In this document: piece by piece, positions 35,343-55,046 of the stretch
How positions within the stretch are numbered: the stretch's first letter is position 1
Layout of the letters: every line of letters starts with the position of its first letter
From: the human T2T-CHM13v2.0 reference genome, Homo sapiens
Reading direction: 5' to 3' (one strand)
Length of the DNA stretch: 64,000 bases
NCBI RefSeq assembly: GCF_009914755.1
Contig: NC_060942.1
Translations under genes and position numbers: made by a program
The notes under the pieces: model-generated
What the model saw: only the letters and a program-made list of their open reading frames with translations
Told to the model about the DNA's origin: nothing
The model's database searches: none

Positions 35343-35453
35343 GCTGTCTCTGCAGTCCACGTCCACCCGGCCGCTGTTCAACAGCAGCTTCAGCAGCGCC
35401 AGGTTTCCTCTCCTGGCTGCCCAGAATGCAGCATTGGCAAGTGGAGTTTCCTT
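35343..35453 (-). CDS. ANKRD29: ANKRD29 coding exon 2 (KETPLANAAFWAARRGNLALLKLLLNSGRVDVDCRDS)
   Basis: 111 nt; acceptor TTGTTCTTGCAG, donor GTACGG; ankyrin-type peptide visible in ORF 35142..35465. Confidence 0.95.
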
Positions 35454-35765
35454 CTGCAAGAACAAAATGAAACAGGATCTTAAAATTGATGTCAGTTAAC
35501 ATGACTGCTGCTATGCACATAGATAATAACATTCAGAAAGAAGAACATCCAGATGTGTTGCATCATTTGAAAGATTGATCCTCCAGCAATAGACAACTGT
35601 AATAACAGAATGAACTCTGTTGGATTCCAGACACCTGAGCCACCACATGGCTATGAAGAGCAGTGTTGTTGATAATCCAGCACTATTAATAACCTATTTC
35701 CCACTAATGTTCTCACTTTCCTGCCTCTGTTGTGTTTTTGTTCACCCAGTTTCCTTTTTGCTTGA

Positions 35766-36113
<348 letters not shown>

Positions 36114-39100
36114 TGAGTAGCTGGGACTACAGGCGTGCGCCACCATGCCCAGCTAATTTTTGTATTTTTAGTAGAGACAGAGTTTCACCACGTTGGCCAG
36201 GATGGTCTTGTACTCTTGACCTCGTGATCCTCCCGCCTTGGCCTCCCAAAGTGCTGGGATTACAGGTGTGAGCCACCGTGCCCGGCCCCTCCATCTAATT
36301 TTCTTTGCTTCAGCTGGAACTTGCCAGAGGTTTGACTTGAGAACAAGGAACTTAGGGCAAATAATGCCATTACATGTCTTCATATGGATCCTTCATTCCA
36401 CTGTTGGATCGTTTTGTTTGTTTGAGACAGGGACTCACTCTGCTGCCCAGGCTGGAGTGCAGTAGCATAGTTATGACTCACTGCAGCCTCGACCTCTCAG
36501 GCTCAAGCCATCCTCCCACCTCAGCATCCTGAGTAGCTGAGACCCCAGGCGCATGCCACCATGCCCGGCTAATTATTTTATTTTTTGTAGAGAGGTTCTC
36601 GCTGTGTGGCCTAGGCTGGTCTCGAACTCCTGGGCTCAAGCAATCTACCCACCTCAGCCTCCCAAAGTGCTGGGATTACAGGCGTGAGCCACTGCACTGG
36701 GCCTACTGGGTTATTTTAAAGCTACAAAGTTAATTTTGGAGCCATACCTATGGAAAGCATGGAAGTGGAAAACAGGTCTTCTAAATGGGTGGCAGAGCTG
36801 ACTGTAGTACAATCTTCTTCTCTAAAATAATTGATATGAGTTTGTAGAGAACAGTCGACGAGAGGGAAGAACTGGCTTTGGGACCAGACAGCTCACCCCA
36901 GCCCTGCACAAGTAAGTTGGCCCTTGGGAATCTCAGTTTCCTCTTGCTTAGATGGAGATCACAGTACCTGCCTTGAAGTTGACGGTATTAAATGATGCTG
37001 ATTTTTGCCTAATATTGTACCCAACACACCATAAATGCTGATTAAGTGCCAGTTTCCTTTCCTCTATTTACTTTTCTTTACGAAGTCAGAATCAATAGGC
37101 AAAATTAAATCCAGAGTATTGGTACTAATAAAGAATTTTGATGGTCTTAGGAAATTTTATAAAAGTATTCACATTGTTTAATGAAAGCATTTTTTGTGAG
37201 TGGGTTTAAAACATCTACGCGACTCAAAAGGCCTTTTGCGTAATATGCCTTTTAAATATATTGATATCGTATTAAATACAGTGCTTTTTCTAAGCTCAAA
37301 AGAAAATACCAACAATTTCAGCTACTCAACAAGCCCTCTAAAATGAAAGGACAGTGGCAGCAGTATTTGTGGGTGTGAGGATTTCATTTCAGAAGTCCTT
37401 CAGCACATACACAGGCGTACGCCCTTGTACATACCTGAATGAGAGAATGGCAGGGTGGAGAGTGATAAGCTAACAGCAAACATACTTTGAATAGTTTCCT
37501 GGCTCATTTAGAAGGGAAAAAAATCACCTCCAATTTCAGATGAACAATTTGCCTTTCCTGACCGTGTAAATTTTGCTATCCTGGAGTTTTCAAGGCAAAC
37601 TGCAACCATGGTTTTCACACCAGTGTTGCAGCTTAGGCACCAGGCTGGGTCTAATTTGTTCCAGCTGTCAGTAACTAGGCAAAGAAATGGCAAGGGAGGT
37701 TTGACCTGTATAATGAATCATGAAACAAAGCCTTTTAACAAAGAGATTGCACAAGGCCAAAATGAAGTCTGGTAGGGTGAATCAGGCAGACAATGTAATA
37801 TGCACCAGGGAACAGCTCTGCTAGCTTTTCCTGAAAGGTAAACACACAAGAATGATAGACTGTAATTCATTTTCAGGGACTCTGTCATTTCACTTTAACC
37901 CCAAATACCTTCAAAAGACCATCTGCAAACAGCAAGTGTCTATTGTCATAACAAGATCTCTAGTCGGGGCCTCTCCTCCCTTTAGGATGGTCTTGGGGAT
38001 TCCTCTCCAGCTGGGCTGGCCATCCTGGTTTTCTATAAGGTTCTAGAAACCAAGCTTTGTGAAAAGCTATAAATATTTCATTTTCCTTCAAGGGCTTAAT
38101 TTACTAAGAGGCAGCAACAGTGGGTATGGGAAGATTAGACAGACCAGAGACATTTTAAGGAGCTAAACTCCACAGCCTTGGTCTGTGATTGTATGTGCAG
38201 GAGAGGAGGGAATAGGAAAGTGGATTGACTCCTGATTTCTGGTTCCAGTGCCTGGCTGATCTTGGTGCCAATTCTTGAAGATTGGAAACACCGTACGAAG
38301 GACAGGCTTTGGAAAAAAATGATGAGTTCAGGGTTGGACATGGTGGGTTTCAAGTGCCTATGGGGCATCTAGGTGGCAATGTCTAGCAAAGAAATGGGCA
38401 GGTGCTCCTGTCACCCTATGGCCGGCACATTTACTGGAGGTCAGGAATCTTGAGCTAATGCTCACTCAGTGCAAAGTGCTTACTCTGGACCACGTGGCGT
38501 ATCTTCTGCATACACTAGCTTATTTCATCCTCATCCTTGCTCAGTGAAGTGGGCACTGGGACGACCCCATTTTACAGATGAGGAAAGTGAGAAATGGCAA
38601 GTCAGGCTTCAGCAACAGGCAGTCTCTTGCTTGAGGCTGCCCTTTAACTCCCCATCACACTGTTCTGCCTCCTGTGGAATTCTTCTGTGGATAGCAAGGA
38701 GTAAGGCAGCAGTGACCCCCGGTGACCTCCTTCCTATCCTCCATCCCAAGCTCCTCTCCAGCTAAGATGGAAAGTCCCCAACGTTCCTTCTGTTTGGGGT
38801 CTATACACATCACATTCCCTGGATAACTTCCAAATCTCCTCTCAGTATGATATGCACACAATCATAAATGGTGTGGCGAGAGATGGGGCCAGTCCTCTAG
38901 CCTTTAAAGGAGACAGTGCACGTGAAAATACATCACAGAAACTGTAAAGCACTTTACCAAGCATGCTATTACTATTTCACCTCTTTCTTGATTTTTCTGA
39001 TCTCTACAATAAAACCAAGGAGCTTCTCTCAGGCTTGCTGGTTCCAACCTTATAAGTAACAGCAAGGACAACTAAGTTGAGATCTTGCTCTGTATCAGGC

Positions 39101-39163
39101 AGTGTGCTAAACAATTTACTGCTTTAACTCATTTAATTCCAGGAGCAGCCCCATGAGGTAGTA

Positions 39164-39495
39164 CAGTCATGTAATATATAATGATAGGCTGCATAAATGA
39201 TAGTGGCCCTGTAAGATTATGATACCATTTTTTTACTGTACTTTTCTACATTTACATATGTTTAGATATGCAAATGCTCACCACTGTGTAACAATTGCCT
39301 ACAGTATTCCATTCAGGAGCATGCTATAGAGTTTTGTCACCCAGGAGCAATAGGCTACACCATAGAGCCTAGATGTGCAGTCGGCTACACTCTCTATGTC
39401 TGTAGTAAGTGCACTCTATGATGTTTGCGCAATGAAAGAATAACCTAATGTGCATTTCTCAGAATGTGTCCTTGTTGTTAAGTAATGTATGACTG
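39164..39495. mobile_element. Tigger3a/MER7-like TcMar DNA transposon relic inserted in a MIR
   Basis: Termini CAGTCATG and TATGACTG, preceded by TA; about 330 bp with Tigger3-like internal sequence. Confidence 0.7.
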
Positions 39496-39650
39496 AGATA
39501 ATTATTCCCATTTTTTCTTTTTATTTAAGATGGATAATCTCACTCTGTCACCCAGGCTGGAGTGCAGTGCCATGATCTCGGCTCACTGTAACCTCCGTCT
39601 CCTGGGTTCAAGCGATTCTTCTGCCTCAGCCTCCTGAGTAGCTGGGATTA

Positions 39651-39839
<189 letters not shown>

Positions 39840-40308
39840 TTAAAGGAAGGCCCCTCCTCTCCCCTCTCCTTCCCTTCCCTCTTCTCCCCTCCCCTCCCCT
39901 CTTTTATATGGAGTCTCGATCCGTTGCCCAGGCTGGAGTGCAGTGGCGCAATCTGGGCTCACTGCAACCATGCCTGACACTGACCATGCCTGGCTAATTT
40001 TTGTATTTTTGGTAGAGCTAGCGTTTTGCCACATTGGCCAGACTGATCTCATACTCCTGGCCTCAAGTAATCCACTTGCCTCAGCCTCCCAAAGTGCTGA
40101 GATTACAGGCATGAGCCACCATGCCTGGCCTATTATTCTTATTTTTAAGATGAGGAAATTGAGCATAGGAATGAGTTAGTCAAGGTCACGCAGTAAGGAT
40201 CTTGGCTCATCCAAATAACAGAGCCGGGATTTAAGTCCAAGTTTGGGCTGGGTGCTGTGTCTCACGCCTGTAATCTCAGCACTTTGGGAGGCCCAGGCGG
40301 GCAGATCA

Positions 40309-40635
<327 letters not shown>

Positions 40636-41402
40636 TTAGGAGGCTGAGGTAGGCAGATCACTTGAGCTCAGGAGTTCGAGACCAGTCTGGCCAACAACGT
40701 GAAACCCTGTTTCTACTAAAAATACAAAAATTAGCTGGGTGTGACGGTCCACACGTGTAATCCCAGCTACTCGGGAGGCTGCGGCAAGGAATTGCTTGAA
40801 CCTGGGAGGTGGAGGTTGCAGTGAACCAAGATGGCGCCACTGCACTCCAACCTGGGTGACAGAGCAAGACTCTGTCTCAAAAAAAAAAAAAAAAAAAAAA
40901 AAGTCTGATAGTCTGTTTGGGTCCAGAGTCTGAGATCTTACATTTTACACCTTGTAGAAAATTGAGTGCAAGCTTCCACATTTGTCATATTTTCTTCTCT
41001 CCCTACTTGCCCCCTTCCATTTACTGTCAGAATTTTGGCTAATACACTGCTCATCTGTACACTTCCAGAAATTGTACAGGAAGGAAGGGGAGAGGAAACA
41101 CAGAGGAAAATTTATTTGTACAGAACTGGAATTCTAATTAAAAGCTAAGAGGGGGTAGAAATTTAAACTATTAGTTTAAAAAAGTTTAGAGTAATGTGGA
41201 CTTCAATCGTACACTTATTAATTCAATCAAGAGAATATTAGCTCTACTCAATAATGAATTTCTATGATATTAGAGGTGACATAAAATAAAGATGTAGTGA
41301 TGGATTGCAAAGCTATATGCAGAAAGATGTTTTTGAGACATCCATTGTCCCACTTTGTGCTAAGTATTTACAATTTTCAGAATGCTTAACAAACATCAAG
41401 CC

Positions 41403-41884
<482 letters not shown>

Positions 41885-42067
41885 TAGTAGAGATGGGGTT
41901 TCACTGTATTAGCCATATTGGCCAGAATGGTCTTGAACTCCTGACCTCAGGTGATCTACCCGCCTCAGCCTCCCAAAGTGCTGGGATTACAGGCGTGAGC
42001 CACCGTGCCTGGCCTCCTTTTACTTTAAAAAATAATTCTCTGAGTTTCGTTTTACTTTAAAAGATAA

Positions 42068-42414
<347 letters not shown>

Positions 42415-43699
42415 TTAGGAGTTGCCAGTTGTTAAAGGAAGTTTGCTGGAGGCAAAGTGGTACCAGTGAGAAGTCACTGATAACAGCTTGACGGAAAAAC
42501 CATCAAAAGTAGACGCAAAGGAGTCATGTAGCTCAGATGCAAGCAGCCCTACATACATTGATTCTGAATCATCAAGAAGAGCCTAAATTGTGACTTATAA
42601 TGCTCTATTTATTCTTCCACAGACTCGCCTAACAAACCAGGGCCTTTTTACACGTAGGCTTTGGAGACCCAGAGCCTAGGGCCTATGAGTCTTTCAGGAG
42701 CCTATGAAAATGAAAAAGTTAATCTGTGTTTCCCAAATCAAAGTTAATAAATATTCAATTAAATAGCTACAAAACATAACATCCTGTCAACTTTATTAAC
42801 TGCTAAATTTGGTATTCATAAAATACTGATGCCACATGAAAATCATTTGTAGGTCTGATTTGCTCGCTGCATGAGTTACTGACCAACTATGACAACTGCA
42901 GAAAAATGGACAAAAGGTAAATTAAATGAGTAACTTACAGCTAAATCATTTAAAAAGCAGTGTCACAAAATCCTTTCAAAAATTTTACAATAAAAGGTCT
43001 CTTTTATTATTGTGGCCGTGGGTGCATTTTAATATGTTTGATAGGATGGGAGGTGGATAGAAGAATGTTGCTAATGCAAATCTCAGACTGGCCTGGGACT
43101 CTGCTCTGGACAGACCTTCCCTCTGTGCCTTCTGGAAGTCCATTTCACAGTAAATCAACTCCTCTTCATCCTTTGCCTAGCGCAGAGCACTCCCTCTCTC
43201 CCTGCCTCAACCTCCCCAGTGCCTGCTCCCGGTGGAAGCAAGGCCTTCTCCCACATCAGCACTGCAGTGAATAGGCCCACCTGGCTTCCAGGCCACTGCC
43301 CCTCCATCAGGGGTGCAAATCTCTGCTCCTTCAAGACTCAGGTCGTCCCACCTTCCCAACCTCTACCTCACCTCACCTGGCAGTTGTCACCTCCTTATCG
43401 TTCACCACCTGATCGTTCTTCCTTATTCATGGAAAACGTTGGCACCTGGCTTGCCAGCCTCCTTTCTACCTACCCCAAATCCTGACTTCATCCTGGGCTT
43501 CACTTTACAAAACATCCACACTCAACCTCACCTCCTTTCCCTTTAGCCCAACGGGAGAGGTTTCCTTCTGCCATTCTAGCTAATTCCACAGCGAATGGAG
43601 CCCAGCTCAGGCTCACCGCCCTCAACTCCCTGAGAAATTCAGTCACTCAGCAAAATCATCCCCAAGCCTTCTCCTCATTCCCTATTATGATTTAAAAAT

Positions 43700-46680
<2,981 letters not shown>

Positions 46681-46909
46681 TCATCATTTAAAGATGCTCA
46701 AGTCTCTACCATTTTAAAGCAAACAAACACTTGGTCAATTCCAGATCCTTGCTGCAGCCACTGCCTTTTAAAAAGAATCTCTGGGTTGGGTGCCGTGGCT
46801 CATGCCTCTAATCCCAGCACTTTGGGAGGCTGAGGCGGGCGATCACGTGAGGTCAGGAGTTCGAGACCAGGCTGGCCAACATGGCGAAACCCCGTCTCTA
46901 CTAAAATTA

Positions 46910-47080
<171 letters not shown>

Positions 47081-48589
47081 CTAACAAAAATCTGTTTCTT
47101 GCAGAATTTCTTGAAAGAGTTCTCCACACTTGTGGATTCTACCCACTCTCTTTCAAGCTATTGCAATCTGGCTCCTGATCCTAACACCACTGAAAGTGCT
47201 CTTGGCAAGGTCACCAGTGCCTATTCCGTCACTAAATCCAATGGACTTTTCAATTCTTTGTTTATTTGATTTCCCTGTGGCATTAATAAACATCAAGGTC
47301 CTCTTCATCTTTGTTGAAAGATTAGAGATGCTTGGTGTAAGTGACAGCACATGCTTCTGAGTTTTCTCATTCGTCTCTGGCTGCTCTTTCTCAAATCTTC
47401 TTCAAGATTTTGTCCTCAGTCCTCTTATTTTCCACCTTTATATGGTTCCACTGGGCAATCATGTTCATTCCCATGGGTGCCTACTTAACACTGCTGACTC
47501 CTAAATCTCATCTCTAGCTGCTGCCCAGACTTGCCTCCTGGGATCGAGGAGAGTATATCTGTCTAATCAACATCTCTGCTTGGATTCCCATCTATCCTCA
47601 AAATTTATCCCAAACCAAACGTTTTATCTTTATCTCTCTTGCCTTCCCTACTGAATTATGCCGATTTAAAACTTTTAAAGTCGGCCGGGCGTAGTGGCTC
47701 ACGCCTTTAACCCCAGCACTTTGGGAGGCCAAGGAGGGTGGATCACCTGAGGTCAGGAGTTCGAGACCAGCCTCGCCAACATGGCAGAACCCCGTCTCTA
47801 CTAAAAATACGAAAAAATTAGCTGGGCATGGTGGCGCACGCCTGTAATCCCAGCTACTCTGGAGGGTAAGGAAGGAGAAATAGCTTGAACCCGGGAGGCG
47901 GAAGTTGCAGTGAGCTGAGATCACACCATTGCACTCCAGCCTGGGCAACAAGAGCAAAACTCCGTCTCAGGAAAAAAAACTTTAAAGTCATTCACATTCG
48001 TCTGCTTCGTTCCATTCTCACCACCTATGCACTGGTCCAGTACCATTTCTTAAAAAGATGACAACATCTTCCAGCTCCAACCCTCTTCTCCAAACCTAGC
48101 CAGAGATCTTTGCAACATGCACATCTCGCCATGTCACTCCTCTGCTTACATGAGCTATTGTCGGCAACGGGATTACAGTGGCTTAGGAGTCAGACACACT
48201 TGGGTTTCAGTCTTAACACCATAACTTATTGGCTGCAAAACCGTGGGTGAGTTAATTTCTCTATATCTTAGTTTTCTCATTTGAAAAAAAAAAAAAAAAG
48301 AGCCACGAAGAGCACCTCCCACAGGTCTCCCCCAGGGTTGAGACCATACACACCATGTCCTTGGTTCAGAGTCAGGCACATTTGAACTGTTTAATACATT
48401 TTAACTGCTATTTTTATTAAACCCTTTCAATCGAGGCAAATCAACCTCTTTCATCCTAAAATGTGGGGATTAGATGGAATGACTTTAATCAACTCTTTTG
48501 AGACAAGACACCTTTGGACCCTGAAGCCTCCCTGGGTGCTGGCCACCCCTCCGGGGAGGAGGCATCCGTGGGTGCAGCTGGTACTCCTG

Positions 48590-49260
48590 CATGAGGACGC
48601 AGAGGGTCAGGGTCGGGGACTCCTTCTGCTGCAGGACAGCGCTGACCCCAGGCTTCTTACCCGCCCCCGACCTGTTACCCGGCGACAGTCCCCGCCGCCC
48701 CGTCGCCGGGCACAGACTCAGCCGATCCACAGCCATGAGTGCGAAGCCTCTCAGGCAGGGCAGGCAGGCAAACCGCAAACCCACAGGGCGCACCCAGCCC
48801 CGCCGCTTCCTCCCGGGCCTCGCCCGCAGCTGGAGGAGAGAGGAAGGAGGAGGCGGCGGGCAGCGGGCAGCGCCCACCCCATCCCACCCCATCCCACCCC
48901 ACCCGACCCCGCGGGCCCGGCCGCCCGAGCCCGGCCCCAGCCCTGACCCCGGAGTCCCGGTCGCTCACCTTGAAGGACATCCTGCACATGTCCGCGGCCG
49001 CCCGAGCGGGAGCCGGCGCGCTTTGGGCCCGGGGCGCCTTGTCCTCCCCGGCCCTTCACTCTCCCGGGGCTCTCGGCGTTCCGCAGAGGGGCGGCCTCCG
49101 ACGCCGCGCGCTCCCGCCGCCCGGCCCGGCAGCAGCCGCCGCACACAGGGCCGGGCCGAAGGGGCGGCGCGGGGGCGCGCGCGCGCGCACACTACACATG
49201 GGGTGTCGCGTGGACGCGCTCCAGGACCTGCCACACACGCGCGTGCACAAACACCCCAAA
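48590..49260 (-). promoter_or_regulatory. ANKRD29: CpG-island promoter and 5'UTR of ANKRD29
   Basis: Very high GC and CpG density around the first coding exon; GC boxes (GGGGCGG); (GC)n run at 49175-49188; exact TSS cannot be determined from sequence. Confidence 0.85.
48969..48989 (-). CDS. ANKRD29: ANKRD29 coding exon 1 (MCRMSFK)
   Basis: ATG at 48989 inside a CpG island; ATG TGC AGG ATG TCC TTC AAG is followed by the donor GTGAGC; joins in frame to exon 2. Confidence 0.93.
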
Positions 49261-49445
49261 CTCCGCACGCACTGTGCACTTTCCACACACGTCCACACTT
49301 CCACACTCACTCGTCCACACACACACTCCAAACTCCACACACATTGTGCATACGCTCCACATTCCACACACACAGAGGTTCCACACACATACTTTCCACA
49401 CTCACGCCCACTCACCCGCATGTACTCACACACAAACTCCATACA
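49225..49445. repeat. CA-rich low-complexity tract upstream of the ANKRD29 promoter
   Basis: Degenerate (TCCACACAC)-like units. Confidence 0.75.
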
Positions 49446-49845
49446 TATCCTCCCAAATAGACTGGTCTGCCCCAGAGGACTCCCAACCTTCATTACAGCA
49501 CAAATATTATAATGATGTAAAAATGAAGCTTGAGGAAAAAATTCATCCAATAGCTATTTTCGTTATAATTTCTTTCTCGGTTTCCTGGGAAACTTTTTTC
49601 TCCTGGGGAAAATATCTAGGAAACAAACCTTTTGATTGCACAAACAATAAGTGGTCTTTTCCTCTTTGAAGGGCAAAGGCCAATTTTGGAATAGACTCAT
49701 ACCCCTCCTCCTCCTCCGCGTTATTAATCCAGCAGTTCCCTCCTCCTCTGGGTCTGATGCTGCAGCCCTGGAGTATTGCAGTATGTGTGTCCACTCCTGC
49801 TGCCTGCCCAGGATTGGTTTGGGCGAAGTAAAACTGGGAGTTTTA

Positions 49846-50250
<405 letters not shown>

Positions 50251-50524
50251 CTATAAGAATCCACTCATTCATTCTCCCCCTCCTTCCCTCTTCTCAATTA
50301 AATTTGTAACGAATATTTAATTTAAAAGGTAAAAAACAATTACAAATAAAAGTTAATGATAAAAATTAAAATGTTTAACCTTCATGGATAAATTGTATTA
50401 CTTTGTGCTTAAAACAACTTTAAATTAAAAACATTCTGAACTTTTATAGAAAATTCCAATTTTAAAAATAAGGACTCTAAACATTTTCCTTGCCTTGAGT
50501 GCCTATAAATGACACAGTTTTTAA

Positions 50525-50833
<309 letters not shown>

Positions 50834-50914
50834 TGATACACCTGGTTCGGCCTCCCAAGGTGCTAGGATTACAAACGTGAGCCACCGCGCCTGGTCTGCT
50901 TTAATAGTTTTGAT

Positions 50915-51597
50915 AAATAAAAGGGAGAAAGGAAAGAACTAATATTTTGAGTGTTTTCTAGGTACAAGGTGCTTTCCTTATAAACATTTTATGGGGTGAG
51001 TATTAACCCATTCCACGGATGAAAAAACTAAGATTCTGAGAGATTGGAGTAATTTGCTAATAAGTGATAGGGCTAGGTGTTTGTCTAGCTCCAAAGCCTG
51101 TTTCCTTTCCGTTACACTTGAGCTCAAAGCTGCTTTTCTCTGGCCAGGGTGCTGATGGGATTCTTGTCAGTCTCTGGAAAGAACGTGCCTAACACCGTCT
51201 GACACACGCGGTTAAACTCATCTTCATATAAACAGCTCTGAAATGGAACAAAGCTCTCATGGTCACAACAGGCAATTCTTTCTAAAATGGTCCACTCCAA
51301 ACTTTAATAGTGACCCACTGGACCTAATACAAGATTTAATCTGCACGGCCCAGTTTTCTTATCCAAACATCTTCTCACTACCCAAACAGAGCCTCTCCAT
51401 CCTTGTCATCCTGTCAAACAAAAGGGATAAAGGAAAAAACTAATATTTTGAGTGTTTTCTAGGTACAAGGTGCTTTCCTTATAAACATTTTATGAGGTAG
51501 GTATTATACCTATTCCATAGATGAAAAAAGTAAAATTCTGAGAAAATGGAATAATTTGCTAATAAGTGATAGAGCTAGGCGTTTGTCTAGCTCCAAA
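50915..51597 (+). repeat. ~180-bp direct duplication (50915-51095 and 51416-51597), MIR-like
   Basis: Aligned by eye; 57-bp identical core at 50937-50993 and 51438-51494. Confidence 0.9.
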
Positions 51598-52082
51598 ATC
51601 TTATCACTGCTCTCTTCCCACTACGGCTCTCTTTCATCTCCTCTCTTTTGTCTGCCAAATCCCAACCTACCCAGGGTGTTACCCCCAGCTCAAGTTCCTC
51701 TTCCTACACCCTGGTTCTCAGTCATCTTCCTCCCAACTTTGCTGAGCTCTTGCCATGGTTCTGCTCTACACCACATCCTTCAACCCTGATTCCACAGGGT
51801 CTGGTATTGCTCTCAGTTCTACTTCTGTTGCTTTTGATTTCTTCAGCAGAGTTGAAATTCTTCAAGGCCAGGCCCTGTGTCTTATGTATCTTTTATTTTC
51901 CCCAGGGGCTAATTTACGGCTGGAGGCATGGTAGATGGTCAAAACTTATTCATCATTGAATTAGTAAAAGAGTCAGGGGGTTGTGTTATCCAAATCTACC
52001 AAGTCAGAAGGCCCACTCTTATCCACAGACATGCATTACTCAGATGCACAGACATCTGTGTTGATCTCAAATGAGTCCATAG

Positions 52083-52514
<432 letters not shown>

Positions 52515-53196
52515 TGAGCCACTGCGCCCAGCCTACTGAGCTTTCTAACACCCTTTTTGTAATCAGGCTCCTTCATCCAACTAAGAGTTCATGCTGGACA
52601 TCTTTTCTGTCTTTATTCTCTGTCTACTTCCCCATCCCACATCTTTTAAAATTTTTGTATCTATTTATTTTTTATAAGGATAGGGTCTCTGTCACCCAGG
52701 CTGGAGTGCAGTGGCAGGATCACAGCTCACTGCAGCCTGGAATTCCTGGGCTCAAGCAATCCTAATGCCTCTGCCTTCTGAGTAGCTAGGACTACAGGCA
52801 CATGCCACTATACCGTCTAATTTTTAAAAACATTTTTTTACAGATAGGATCTCGCTATGTTGTTCAAGCTGGTCTTGAACTCCTGGCCTCAAGCCATCCT
52901 CCCACCTCAGCCTCCCAAAGTGCTGGGATTACAGGCATGAGCCACCATGCCCAGCCCTTGTTTAATTTTTAATTTTTATTTAATTTTATTTTTTAGAGAT
53001 GGGGCATCACTATATTGCCCAAGCTGGTCATTAAGTCATAGGCTCAAGTGATCCTCCCTGTCAGCTTCCCAAAGTGCTGGGATTACAGGTGCATGCCACT
53101 ATGCCCAGCTTCCACCTCACATCTCCCAGCTAGTTAGCTCCGTCTCTCCTAACCTATTGGAATTTACCCTAGATGAGGCTTCTTGCAGTGGGGACT

Positions 53197-53620
53197 GTAG
53201 CAGACACAGCTTGGAGTAATCTACCCAACACCCATTGCTCCCTTCCTTTCCCTATCAGAATGTCAGTTTTGCTCAGTTTTGTCCATCATACTCCCCCTGG
53301 AGATTTGCTTAAGGGGAACATAGCCCTTTGTTCCATCCAAAGTCCTCTTGTTTAGGCTGGTGATAGTGCTTGAATTAGGTGTGGGCAGGTGACAAATTCT
53401 GATCTTTGAGATGTCAGAGGAGGTGTGTTGGGGGCTTTTGAGAAAGATTTCCTTGGTTGTAAGACATACCCAGGAGAAGATGGTCCTTATTCCTTGGGAC
53501 ACTGTACTGTACAAGTACAATGCCTGGAATGACTGCAGACACCTTGTGACCATAAGGAAAACTACCCCCTGAAGGTGGCAGAGCAGACCATGGTGTCACT
53601 AAGGCCCTGTGTTGACCAAT
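53197..53620. mobile_element. Old MLT1-type MaLR LTR
   Basis: MLT1-like motifs (GGGCAGGTGACAAATTCTG...GAGATGT; CTGCAGACACCTTGTGACCAT). Confidence 0.5.
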
Positions 53621-54070
53621 GGGGAATTCTTATTTCTTTCTTTTTTCTTTGAGATGAAGTTTCGATCTTGTTGCCTAGGCTGGAGTGAAATGGCATTATT
53701 TCAGCTCACTGCAACCTCTGCCTCCTTGGGTTCAAGAGATTCTCCTGCCTCAGTCTCCTGAGTTGCTGGGATTTCAGGCTCATGCCACCACGCCTGGCTA
53801 ATTTTTGTACTTTTAGTAGAGACAGGGTTTCACCATGTTGTCCATGCTGGTCTCAAACTCCTGACTTCTTGATCTGCCCGCCTCAGCCTCCCAAAGTGCT
53901 GGGATTACAGGTGTGAGCCACCGTGCCCAGCTCACAATCTTTCTTAAGCATACAGTAACATAATGGGAATATGTATATTCTGCTCTTTACAAAGCATGAT
54001 AATGTGAGCATTTCCTCCTAGCATTAACAGTTCTCTGAAAATCTGTAATTTATTTATTTATTTATTTTGA

Positions 54071-54334
<264 letters not shown>

Positions 54335-54788
54335 TGAATGAACCACCATGCCCAGCAAAATCCATCTCTTATGGCTGCAGTTATATTGCATATACTATAA
54401 TTTATTCAACCTTTCTTCTTTTATAAAACCTTTATGTAGATTTTCATTTTTATTATTAAAAATAACTCTACTCAGCCAGCCTTCACTAAAGGCATTTCTG
54501 CTTATTGTAATGACACACACCCAGCGAGGCACATTGAAAACCAGAGGAAACTAGACGATGTGTAAAGTTCTGCCGCCCAATTTTTTAGCATCATTGAAAA
54601 CCCTAAGATGGAAAGCATCTTTTGGAACCCTGAAATTCTACCATCCAAGAAAAAATATTCTTTTATTACTCTTCTACGGTGGCTCACCCCTGTAATCTAA
54701 GCACTTTGGGAGGCCCAGGAGGGCAGGTTGCCTGAGCTCAGGAGTTTGAGACCAGCCTGGGCAGCACAGTGAAACCCCGTCTCTACTA

Positions 54789-55046
<258 letters not shown>

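Noticed and set aside
48591-49512. Long plus-strand ORFs (289 aa, 257 aa) over the promoter
   Set aside because: Low-complexity Pro/Arg/Gly/His-Thr translations expected from stop-poor GC-rich and CA-rich DNA; no recognisable domain
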